A DNA stretch of 64,000 bases. It comes from Vitrella brassicaformis CCMP3155 (lineage: Eukaryota > Protista > Chromerida). The position numbers and the translations under genes were made by a program. The stretch spans positions 124,001-188,000 of the forward strand of contig CDMY01000708.1 of assembly GCA_001179505.1 (NCBI GenBank), read 5' to 3'. A model generated the notes under the pieces. It was given only the letters and a program-made list of their open reading frames with translations, had not been told where the DNA came from and did not search any database. This document shows positions 49,501 to 60,469 of this stretch, one piece after another; the first letter of the stretch is position 1; every line of letters begins with the position of its first letter.

Positions 49501-52500
49501 ATGAAAAGTCTCTTTCCATCTTCCCATTGACCTGTCGTTCCACTTGTCTGTGGGGTTCCTTGTGAAGACGCGGACGACAGCGACGGTGCGGTTGTCCCCC
49601 AGATCGACTGCCCACCAAGGCTCGGGTGACGGGTGTATGTCCGACGTGTGTACACACTCTCCACCCTCGTCGATGGCGGTGTAGTCGCCATCGACGGCGT
49701 GGTGGGCTGACCACCGCTGGCCCGTGTCGGTCTCTGGGTCCTGAAACGCAGTCTTTCCACTTACATAGTCTGCGACACGACAAAGGGACAAGCAGACAAG
49801 CAGCACGGTGCTTGCTAATGCTTCGTTGTATATCACCGACACCACTTACTTTGCCGGCCGGCTACCAATGGAGGTCGCAAATAGAACAAAGATGGGCGCA
49901 ATGGCACACGACAAGCTGTTTTTCTCTTTGCTTACCTCCATAGGCTTCGACCTCACAAAGAATGAGACCCTTTCGTGATGTTTCATTCAAGCCGCTGGCA
50001 ATCCACACATAGCGCCCCGAGGCTGCCGCCTCGCACGTGACATTGACCACAGCCTGTTGTCCTCCGACCAGGTCGTCCTCGGGCACCGTGCCGCAGAGAG
50101 TGTTGTTGCTGTAGTGCACTGACGACATGCCCACGTACACTCTCGCACCAGACAGACTGACCATAGGCAGACAGTCAGACAGACAGACAGACATCACCGT
50201 GTTGGTGCCCACAAGCAAGCAAACGAACTATTGGCTTTCTGTTAAAACAGTACTCGCGGCGTTTATCTGCGTATACGACGACGTCGTTGATCTCATAACT
50301 CTCGCCGAGGTCGACAAACCACCTGAATAGATTACACGCACAAACCCGCAATACAACGATTGCTTCACACACATGTGCAAGACACCAGCGGGATTGATTG
50401 CATGGGGCTTACCATGGACTGGCCTCAGTGCCATTCGGATCCGTCTCGGCGCTACAAACACACACAGGATCCCATCCAAGCAGGCGGGCAGGCAGGCAGG
50501 CAGCCATGGCAAACAGGCTGGGGAGCACTGACCAAGATTCTCCTCTGAAGTCCATCCTTCGATCGCCGTCCACAGCCCGACCGGCTGTGTGATTCACGAG
50601 TGTGCTGCTTTGATTAGCAGGCCTCCCTCTGGCAACATTCTTCCCTGCACACAAGAGACAAAAACAGACACTCATAAGCAGAAACACACACGCCCGTCCA
50701 CGTGATCGACACATACTTACATCGTTGGTGTCGCGTGAGGTCCATCAGCTGCCTGCGCGTGTCGCCCATCTCCAGGAAGCTGGCATGGGCAACGACGGGC
50801 TCATCCAGCCATATAATGCGCAGACTCCGCCGTCGTGGCGGGAATGCCGGAAAGGCATTCACACTAGTGCCAATGGAGCACTCTTCGGCCTCGTGTGCGT
50901 CGTCGGTGCTGGGGTGCGGCGCTCCTTGTGCTGTCGACGGTGACGGCGCTACACACTGCTGCTGCTGCTGCTGCTGTTGTTCTACGAAGCTTGGCTCGAA
51001 GATGGCGTGTCTGGCCTTTTGCGCTTCTGCGAGGAAGCCTATCGGTGGCGTCTCGCGCTCCTCCCATGGCGGCTGGCGGTAATAGTAGGGCATGTGGCCG
51101 GGGGGCGCTTTGAAGATGTAGCCTTGACGGTAGGGAAACTCAGCATCACAGTCCCCTGAATGGATGGACAGTCAGAAAGAAAACAAGCAAGACAGAAAGA
51201 ACTGTGGTCCGCGATCGACGTGGCAGGCTCATCTCATTCAAGTTACTTACTACCGCATCTTAGTGTCTTTGGCACGTATCCTCCGTCGATGCATTTGATG
51301 ACCTCCCATCCCTCCTTCGGACCCTCCACCCGATCGAAGGTTGCAGCACAGGAGATGTGGAACCGACCGTTGTGGCGGTACACCGGGGACTTGCCTGTGG
51401 GCGCTTCCATGGGAACCACATTGTAGCGGAAGCCGTACTCAGGGGGCACTTTGCAGTTCTCTGCAACATGCAGGGAAGGTTTGGTTTAAAAATGAGATTG
51501 CAGTGATGCGTCCGTCCGCCCCACTGTCTTGTCTTCTGACCCATGCAGACGAGGAGGAAGGGCGTCCACTTGCCGTCGTTGCATGTGAAGGTGGATGGGT
51601 CCTCTCCCGTCGCCACAAAGTACCTCTCGGTGCACGTCACTTCGTAGGTCGCGCCGTGCCCCCGCATCCTCAGCGCCTCAGTCTTGCCCATCCCCGGATG
51701 CAGTAGCGTCGTGTTGTAACGCACCACATCCAGCAGTGGAACCTCCGGACATTGATCTGAAAGGAGAAAGCCGTGCCATTGATTGATATGCCCGTCCGAA
51801 AAGGTTGCGGTTCGTTTATTTACTTTTGCAGACGATGTTCTTGGCCGTCCAGAAGCCGTTGAGACATACCACCTCGTCCTCTTCCAGCTCTGTCATGGAT
51901 GACGCCACCTCGGAGTCGCACCGGAGGACCCTCCTCGCCCCGTGGAAAGTGGCCCCGGCGTGGGGAAAGGAGTCGACTTTATATTGTGAAGGCAGCTCGG
52001 GGTAGTCGGGGCACGACTTGGCACACTCAAGCGTCCTGTCAGTCCAGTTGCCGAAGAGACACTCGAGGCGGTTCTTGTTGATAGAAGGGTAGCCAGTGTC
52101 GTTGAGCAACCGGGCAGAATAGCCCTCCTGGCACGTCAGGCGCACCACGGCGTTGTGGTAGACCCTTGCCGGAATGACGCCTGTACCGATCTCCTCAGGG
52201 CTGTACAGTCTGGCGTTCTCCTTCCTTTCTCTTCAGCGGAAGGACCACATCATCTGATAGTTGGGCAGACGGCCCAGCGTGGTCAGGGGGGTCGTGTCGC
52301 AGGGAGCTGCACATTCCATGCTCAGTTTGGAGAACGCCATCATGGGATCCGGGTTGCCCAGACAGATGACCCTCAGGGGCTCGCGGCTTTCTATCGCCTC
52401 ATTACTCGACGTTGGCGTCAGGTCAGACGGAGAGTAGCCCTTCTCAGCGTCGCATCTGCAGTGAGGAGAGAAAACCGGCACTGATGAGGAGAGAGATGGA

Positions 52501-55500
52501 TGTGGTATGCCTTACTTGACAGCGATCTCGGTGTTCGGGATGAAGAAGGCCGGAGTAGTATTGGCACTCAGGACCTTTATGTCGTACTTGGCCAGGTCGA
52601 TATCGTTGTGGCCGAGGGCGCTGTCGTTGGCGACGGGAGACATGATATTGGCAGGATGGCCCCAGAACGCCCCGACAGCGTGCGACGCGTTGTGTGATGC
52701 GTTGACCGGCTTTGGAATCAGCTGCGCCAGGCGATAGCCGCTGACGAGAAGAGACAAGAGGTAATCCTTCGGGCAACTCTCTGCACAACCAGAGACACGA
52801 CACACACGAGGGTGTGCTGGTGCACGGATGTGAGGTGAGATGGGTGGGGCTTGCTTACTCCTGCACTGAATGGTTCGTGCGGTGTAGGCGCCGTCGATAC
52901 ATGTGAGATTCTCGACTGGCGACCCGCTGATGCTCGAGAAGCCCTCTTTCTCGTCGCACACGATCTGCCGCTGCGTGTTGTGCCGCACATCCTGCCCGAT
53001 CAAATTGTAACCCGTCGGAGGCAGCGCAGGCAACTCGCTGCAGTCAGCTGTGAGCCATACACACGACAGAGACATCAGACACATTGAATGATCACACGCG
53101 GACACCTTTATGTATGTACCTCTGCATTCGAGCTCAATGGGGTCGTAAGTGCCGTTGTGGCAGAGGACGTTCTGGAACTCCATCCCTGGTGTGGCCGAGC
53201 TGTAGCCGTTGCTGCAGGATATCTGCGTGACGTCGCCGTGCCGCTGACCGCCAAAGTTGATGGCATAGCGGGGCGGCAGGTCGTTGTATCCGCTATGGGC
53301 CTTGGAATTCCGCAGAGGGAACTCCTTATACGGCGCACAATTGTCTGCACGGCAGGCACAGGCACACAGCATGCTCATGGCATGCATACATGCCATGCAG
53401 CGCACACACACTGATCGCTGGTTCCTTACAGACGCATTCGAGGTCCATGTTGGTCCACTCTCCGCCCAGGCAGAAGATCCGTGTGGGGTCGTCGGTGCAG
53501 TTGAGTCCCTGCTTCCTGCACGAGGCGGCCGCCTCGTCAGGCAGACACCCAACATCGATCCAGTCGCCGTGGAAGGTCACAGAGGCCAGCTGGTGCTTGG
53601 GGGGCACCGTGCTGAAGTCGCTCCGTGACGTCTTGACGATCCGGTAGGGAGGGGCGGGCTGCGGATACCGTGCGCAGCGCACTGACAGACACGGACCAGG
53701 AGACGTACATACATGGACTGTCCCACAAGGTCGCTTTCCTTCCTGTGGGTCGGATTACTTTCGCAGCTGAATTCTCTGGGTTGCCATCTGCCATGGAGGC
53801 AGTAGATGATCGCGAACGATTTTTCGCCCGACGGAATGGCCGGTGGGATGCAGGTGATGTTTCTAAAGGAGCCGTGCCGCAGCGGCCCGACGGCCCGGGC
53901 AGGCTCCACCCTGTACATGAGCTGACCGAGGTCGGGGTACTCGGGACAGTCCTCTAATGGGCAGAACACACAACACACGAGGAATGAATGGACAGATGAT
54001 CACCCTCTCGTGTGTCTCGGTGTCACTGACTGTAGCAGTGAAGCCCTGGTCGTGTCCATTTGCCGTTGATGCACTTGACGACACGAGGCTCCTCCGGCAC
54101 GCCCTCGGCCGGGGTGGTCTGCTGCTTGCACACCACCTTCAGAGTTGTGCCGTGCTTCTTGGTCTGGGAGGGACCCGCCACCAAGTACTGCTGGTTGCTC
54201 GGATCGGCGTCCATGAAGAGCGTCTCGCAGTCCTCTATTCAAGGGAGGAAAAAGCAGCGGAAGCAGCGCAGATGGAGCCCAGCCATGCTATATGTGCTTT
54301 ATTTACTTTGGCAAGTGAGTTGTGGGTGCGCCCAATTGCCGCCCTCCTCGCACGTGATGATCTCTTTGTGCAGGAAGCGGAAGGCCGAGGTGAACCCCTG
54401 CTGGCACTCGATGTAGCGGTAGTCGCCCACCTCGCGCCCCATGGAGCCCTCGCCCACCACCAGCTTGAGGCGATTCTCCTGAAATCTGTGGTAGCCCTCG
54501 TACTTGGGCCACGCCGGACACATCTCTGCACGCGTCGAAGCAGGCACGATAAAGTGAGGGTGAGACAGCCGCGTGTGGGTGTGACGTACTTTGGCAGTTG
54601 CATGAGCAGTCGTCTTCGCCGTCACATTCCTCCATGCCGGTCTTGACGCCATCGCCACACACATCCTTGCGCACTGTGGCGGTCAGCAACAAGCATACCA
54701 TCCATCCAAGCATCCATCCATCCATCCAACCATCCTCAATTGCTGTCATCCATTTCTGCCTACCGAGGATGTTCTGTTCGATCTCATCTACAGCCTGAAA
54801 GAGCGAGGTCTCGTCGAAGCCCCTGAAGCGCACAGCCAGCAGCTGGATGTCGCCATTGTAGCACTGCCGCTGTCGGACGTCGCAGCCGACGTGCAGCCGC
54901 CCGGCCTCGGTGAAGTCCGCGTCGGTCTCCCTCAGGTTGATGAGCGTCCCCACGCCATTCAGGGGATCCTTCTCGCGATAAAGGGTCAGCTGGACAGAAC
55001 GAGACACACACGAGTATTGCCGTGAGATGAGCAGGCGTCAGTGGCTTCATACGTAGGGAAGTGTACCTGGATGGTCCCCGGGGAGTGTGGTCTTACTGAG
55101 ACGACGTAGAGGGCGGGGCGGCCCCAGCACGCCTCCACCTGCACGTGCTTCTGCTGGGGGCCGGCTGTCTTGCCGATCAGCACACCAAACAGCATGTGTC
55201 CGATGCGCTTCTTCGGATCGGGAGCCACATACACCTTAAAGCCTGGACAAGACGTCAGACACATGCCACCCATGCCACCGCCAGCCCAGTCTGCAGTGGA
55301 GTGATGTGCATGCCATGCCTGTCTCGCTGTCGAGCAGGATGCTCTGTCGGGTTGTGGTCTCCCGTGATAGGTCGATGTACATGAAGACAGTGAAGCCGGG
55401 CTCCAAGATCTCCAGATTCATACCGACGTGAAACGTGGACAAATTGCTGACAAGGAACGGACCATCACGGCCGCCATTGCCACCAGAAAAACGCACGCCG

Positions 55501-56352
55501 AAGCTGACAGATAAAAGGGAAAAGGGAGCAGACAGCAGAGGTGCCAAGGACTGAGTCGTGTTCAGCTTACCCTTCTGAGAAGATGGGGGCCTCCTGCCCT
55601 TCCTCTGGGATCATCGTCGCGGCCAGCCTCTTGGGGTTGCCTGCATCCTTCCACCTGAACACCTGCCCCGACGTGGGGTTGACCTTGACATACTCCCGGG
55701 CGGCAATCATCGTTAGCCCCTGGAGCGTCAGCACTTTGAACGTCTCGTCGATGCCCTCAACGTCGATCGGCAGCACAGGATCGGCTTGCCTCTCGTGGTG
55801 GGTCTGCGCAGAGCGGCCTCTACGCCCCTGTGTGTTGGTGTGGTGTTGGTGTAGGAAGGAGCTCTGGGCGGCTGGCCGCGTCTCGTTGAGTGCGATAAAG
55901 GACGGATAGAACGGTCGGAAGTGCGGTGGTGGATGCGATGATGCATGCGATGTTGTCGGCCTTGTTTCGATAAAGGACAGATCGTTACGGTCTCTTCTTT
56001 CTGAAGGCATCCGTACCGACAGCCGGTGGTTGACGCTGAGTGCGCCAAAGGGACACACAACCGCGACGAGACCCGCAGCCACTGCAGTGAGCATCACCAT
56101 GCGCTGCACACAACACATACGCACATTCTTGATGGCAGTAGCTAGTACATGAGCAGAGCGCCATACCATGTACGGCAGCCCTCGCGCCGCGAGAAGCCGC
56201 CTTCTTCTCTTGATCTTCGGAGGCGGCATCTGCTCATTCCCGCAGTGCGTTGGGGGGGCTGAGGGCTCACCGCATTCAGCTGACGTGGGCTGTGTTCTGA
56301 CCATCGAAGGGCCAGAACTGGCCGGAGGAGGATCATTGCAGTGTGTTTCCAT
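43544..56352 (-). CDS. Giant mosaic extracellular protein: N-terminal hydrophobic anchor/signal, LamG-like region, Myxococcus-type CGDG-EECD repeats, ~20 sushi/CCP-like modules, two fucolectin/F5-8C-like domains, two CCxxxCGxCGGxGC modules; two in-frame stops near the 3' end
   Basis: Phase-compatible exons from ~56352 down to 43544. Sushi-like C..(HG)..C..C..G.W..L.C units (e.g. EDCPEYP..HGSFRNITC..YCLHGRWQPREFSC). FTP-like NVARGRPANQSST..AVDG..PWWFVDLG..LCEVEAYG and HAVDG..PWWAVDLG..VCEVEVYG. CGDGVKTGMEECD and CGDGYLAPVAFEECDDYNNSTGDGCS. Start codon uncertain. Confidence 0.75.
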
Positions 56353-56570
56353 CGTAGCGGTTGCAGCCTTGCAATGGCTGCAGCCAGGATAGAACGAGGA
56401 GGGAACAAACCCGAACAAACGCCTCTACCGGCTCATCTCTGCGTCCTGGGGGGGAGGGAAGGGAGAGTTCAGAGGATGCAAGCTCGGGGTCGTGTAATTT
56501 TTTGAGCTCGCGCTGCCTTCAAACCGCTCACTCTGCCGAGAGTAGCGACGCGCCTCCAGATGAAGAGATA

Positions 56571-57290
56571 ATGGCATTCTCTCGAAGTGGTACCTCCGAG
56601 CTGAAGAAGGTGCCTCCGCCTCCTTCCAAGTACGATGCGGTGCCTGCCAAGGTCGACTCTCACAATCCCAAAGCCAAGGTGCCTGTCGTCCCCAATGCCG
56701 TCCTCGCCAAGCGGCGAAACGAGCTCTTCTCGCGCATCCAGCCGTCCGCTGTCCATCGGCTGATCAGCTCACAGGACCAGCGAGCCACCCCCGAGAGCAT
56801 CTATGCGCAGGTCCAAGGCGTCGCTCGCGCCTCATCGACCGCCACGGCAGCCACGGAGGCCACCACGGTCACATCAACAGTAGACCGGACCGACAGCGGC
56901 ATGCAGGCGCGGCACGAGTCGACTCTCATCCTGGATATGCGCGGCTCAGAGGAGCACGCTAAGGGGCATATCATCGGCGCCGTGTCGTTCCCGAGCACGC
57001 GCATCTCTCAGGACAAGTTCACGGCGGATTTGATTCGCTTCAAAGGGGCGCCTGAGGGCAAGAGGATCATATGCTACCATTCTGACGACAAGAGCTCGGC
57101 GCCGCACGCCACTCTGCTGGTGGAGAAGGGATGGAGCAACGTCAGCATCATCTCGGGCGGCATAGAAGAAGTGGCGCGGCTGTTTCCGTCGTGCATCGAG
57201 GGGATCGTCGACGTGCCGTCGAGACCTCCCACCGCAGCGTCGACCGTCAGTGGAGCAACGAGGGCCTCCAAGGCCACCAAGCTGAGATGA
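56571..57290 (+). CDS. CEP41: CEP41-like centrosomal/ciliary protein (rhodanese-like domain), single exon
   Basis: N-terminal LKKVP..SKYDAVPAKVDS motif. Domain LILDMRGSEEHAKGHIIGAVSFP..KRIICYHSDD..ATLLVEKGWSNVSIISGGI..FP parallels CEP41 (LLLDVR..CHIVGA..KIIILYDDDE..GFENLFMLSGGL). Confidence 0.8.
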   Translation: MAFSRSGTSELKKVPPPPSKYDAVPAKVDSHNPKAKVPVVPNAVLAKRRNELFSRIQPSAVHRLISSQDQRATPESIYAQVQGVARASSTATAATEATTVTSTVDRTDSGMQARHESTLILDMRGSEEHAKGHIIGAVSFPSTRISQDKFTADLIRFKGAPEGKRIICYHSDDKSSAPHATLLVEKGWSNVSIISGGIEEVARLFPSCIEGIVDVPSRPPTAASTVSGATRASKATKLR

Positions 57291-57840
57291 GATGGGTGGG
57301 TGGACGGGCGATGGGAGACAAACTGGCTAGCTGCGGCTCGGGTTGTCGAGTGAGTGAGTAGGTGTGCGGTGCGTGGGCGTGTCGACGTCGGACGCCTCTG
57401 TGTGTTGACCGCCTGTGTGGATTGATTGCGTTCCAGCTGACTGACTGCGGCATCAATCGATGGGTGCCATACATACTACCAAACACATCACGTGTGTTTG
57501 TACATACATACGCAGCAAGAATGAATGCTAGGCTTTACCTGACTGACCATTTTCAGTCTGTCGGATGGATGGATGAATGGATGAGTGACTGGCTGGTTGT
57601 CGTCACTCACTCAGACAGACAGACAGACAGACAGGGGAGACGGCGAGGACAGGCGAGACGTTTTCGAGCGACGCGTGTCATCGGCTGGCTGATGGCTGAA
57701 TGTGTTCACCAATCACGAACTGCATCGGCTCATCAAGGAACCGCTGGCACGCGGCACTTGTAGACGTGTGTGTGCGTGCGTATACAGACCGACTTCCATG
57801 AGTGGCTAAACGCGTACACGACACGTGACAAATGTATGTA

Positions 57841-60140
57841 TCAGAGGATAGAATTGTTGTCGACAGTCGGCACAAACACGGCCACCAGGCCATCTGCCTC
57901 ACTCCCCCCACTCTGCAACTGAACATTCGATAGCCGCCGGCCGATGAAAGACTCCACAAACACCTCACCTGTCATCTCTGCTCCCGCCACGTTGCTCTGG
58001 GTATACACAAACGTGGCATTGTACGGGATGCTCTCAGAGAGGAAATCTAGGGGGATCTCGGACAGGGCGGCCTCCTGGTCAGCCTGGCTTGTAACACCGA
58101 CAATGGCCGCAAGGAACCATGTGTTGTCTTTTGTCCGTCTGGTCATGATAGTCAGGTATCCGACTTTGCTGGCGGGCAGTACCACCGTCTCCTCCCACGT
58201 GGTGGGGATGGACTGCAGCAGAGAGAGGTGGCTGAATGAGTTGAGGAGCACGAATGGGTCCTCGGGGATGATCCACATGTAAGCGTCGAAGCAGATAGCA
58301 GACGCCAGCTGGAACACCTGCACCCATCAATTTATCCATCCATCCAGACAGACAGACAGACAGACAGAGACACATGCAATGGAGAGGAGAGAGAGAGAGA
58401 GAGAGAGACATGGCCCCTGCAGACGTACTGTGGTGGTGTTTCCCTTGTAGAGCGTGTTTTGGATGAAGGGGGTGAATTGAGTCGAGCCGAGCACCATCCG
58501 AGTGTAGGGCAGCGCCAAATAGTGTGGGGGCAGCAGATCGGGAAACCCAGACCTCTTGTTGAACTCCAAGCTCCTCACTGCCTGCAAACACGACCTGCCA
58601 TATCTGCTGTGTCTCCCTTGTTCCTTCCTCCCTGCCTGCCTGCCTCTGACCTCTCGTGTGATCTCATTTGGGTACGTACGCTCCGCCCCGGTGGCGAAGG
58701 GCAGGTTCTGCTGAGTGACCACAAGCGACCTCAGCGCACACTCATACATCATCCTCTCAGACAACAGCACCGAGGCATAGCTAGCACTGCAGTCAGAGAC
58801 ACGCGTGTGAGGTCTCCACCTGATCGTTGTGTCTCCCCATCTGACCTTTTCAGCCCGCTGAATCTGACCCCCGCCACACCAGTGGAGGCGACCTGGTCCA
58901 ACCACTGGCGCAGCAGCAGATAATCGCTGCTGGTGTCGTCCACTTCGTCCGTCCGCTTCTGCACAATCACCTTGACACCGCGACTGTCCGCAAACGCCAC
59001 GAGCGTCGTCAGCTCGGTGTAAGGGTCCGCCCACTGGTCCCACCCACGGATGGTGGTGTACTCGAAGCCCAGCTGTGAGGCCAGGTCGATGTAGTCGCCC
59101 TCCTCGGTGGTGTTGCCCTTGCCGAACAGGTAGTCGCGCCACACCGACCGGCCCGGCTGGATGTAGGCGGGATAAGACGGTGGGGTCGTAGAGGTGTCGA
59201 ACACAAAGAGGCCTGGGTTCCGCTGCTCGGGGGATGGGTTGAGGCTGCTGATCATGTCCGTGTTGACGAGCTGGTCCAGGCTCTTAGCCAACACGACTGT
59301 CCGCCATGGGGTGCGAAATCCGCCGTCTTTCGTCGTGTTGACGGCGAAGGATGTGTCAGCCAAGTCAGCCTGGAAGCCCTGGGGGTCGGCGAGGGCTTTC
59401 AGCCGCAGCCCGCTGAAGTCGTAGAGAGCGCTCTCAGTGAGGAAGATGAAGGGAAAGGGTCTTGTGTAGGTGGTGTCTTCTATCAGAATGATAGCGCCGT
59501 ATGTGTTGTTGTAATATCTTGGAGTACGAGTGGGCAGCGTCGACGCCGGGGCGGTCTTCCAAATCCCGCCATAGTCATACAGCTCCCAGACGGGTTCCAC
59601 GTCCCGCTCCGTGAACCATGCGTAGTCGTCGGCAGTGAATGCAAAGTTGAAGTGAGAGCCGTCGGCTGTCACGTTCCGGGTCGGGAAGCCCCCAGAGGCA
59701 GGAACCCAATAGCGGAAAGCGAACCCGTCATAGAAGAGGCGGAAGACGACATTGAACTCTATCGCCGACGCGTTGTGTCTGAGTGTGAAGACGGTCTCCC
59801 TGTGGTGGTCCGCTCCCACGCTGTGCTTGCCTCTCGTGCGATAGGTCTCATGCACCTCCGGGCCCTCCACGGGGCTGCCGACAATCTCCACCCCCTCGCC
59901 CAGCGTCCAGCCATCGACCGTGAGCGACAGGGAAGACTCCACCAGCACACTCGTGGCGCCGCCACTGGTCTCAACGGAGTACTTGAGTGAGTTGGATTCA
60001 TTAATGAAGACTGACACTTGGTAGGGGGCGGACGCTGGTGGCGAGAGGACGGTGCGAAAGACATCGGCGGCGATGCATTGCTGGATGTGGTACGCAAGGC
60101 AGATGAGGGAGAGCAGTATGAGAAGAGCATGCAGCCCCAT
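57841..60140 (-). CDS. Secreted glycoside hydrolase family 97 (SusB-like) protein, multi-exon
   Basis: Signal peptide MGLHALLILLSLICLA..AA. GH97-N: LSP..V.V..L.YSV..S.L.L, FNVVFRLFYDGFAFRY, FRTPWRTVVL..LVNTDMISSLNP. Catalytic region: PGRSVW..YIDLASQLGFEY, RTYPNEITRE|AVRSLEF, LPYTRMVLGSTQFTP. C-terminus: QLA..SIPTTWEETVVL..TRR..TWFLA. Confidence 0.85.
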
Positions 60141-60469
60141 TGGATGTGCGGATTAGAGATCACAACGTTCCATACGTGGGAGACTGCAAGCTCGATGGGG
60201 GGTTCTGGGGGTTGCATGCATGCACTTTCTCCTTGATGCTCCTGGAGCGCCTCTGCTATATCCTCAGCGTGACAGGGAGGCGCATGCTCCCAAGCCCCCA
60301 GACGCAGCCAGCAGTCGGCGGGGAAGCCTTGAAGCAGCCCCAGTGAAGGTGCAATGGTGATGAGAGGGCTTTGTCTCATCCTTTGTCTCTGTCTTCGTGT
60401 GAATGCGCGACGCACGCGGGCAGGTACGCAGCCTCTGCATCTGCTGCAGATGCCAGCATTGAGCTGCAC

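Noticed and set aside
56571-57290. Second rhodanese gene as a sulfurtransferase partner of the TrhO fusion
   Set aside because: Sequence matches CEP41 and lacks a catalytic Cys loop (CYHSDD); it is unrelated to tRNA modification.
57841-60140. Bacterial contamination as the source of GH97 (and of TrhO/OMT or SPT)
   Set aside because: All contain host-style spliceosomal introns and eukaryotic targeting leaders or extensions, and are embedded among eukaryotic genes.
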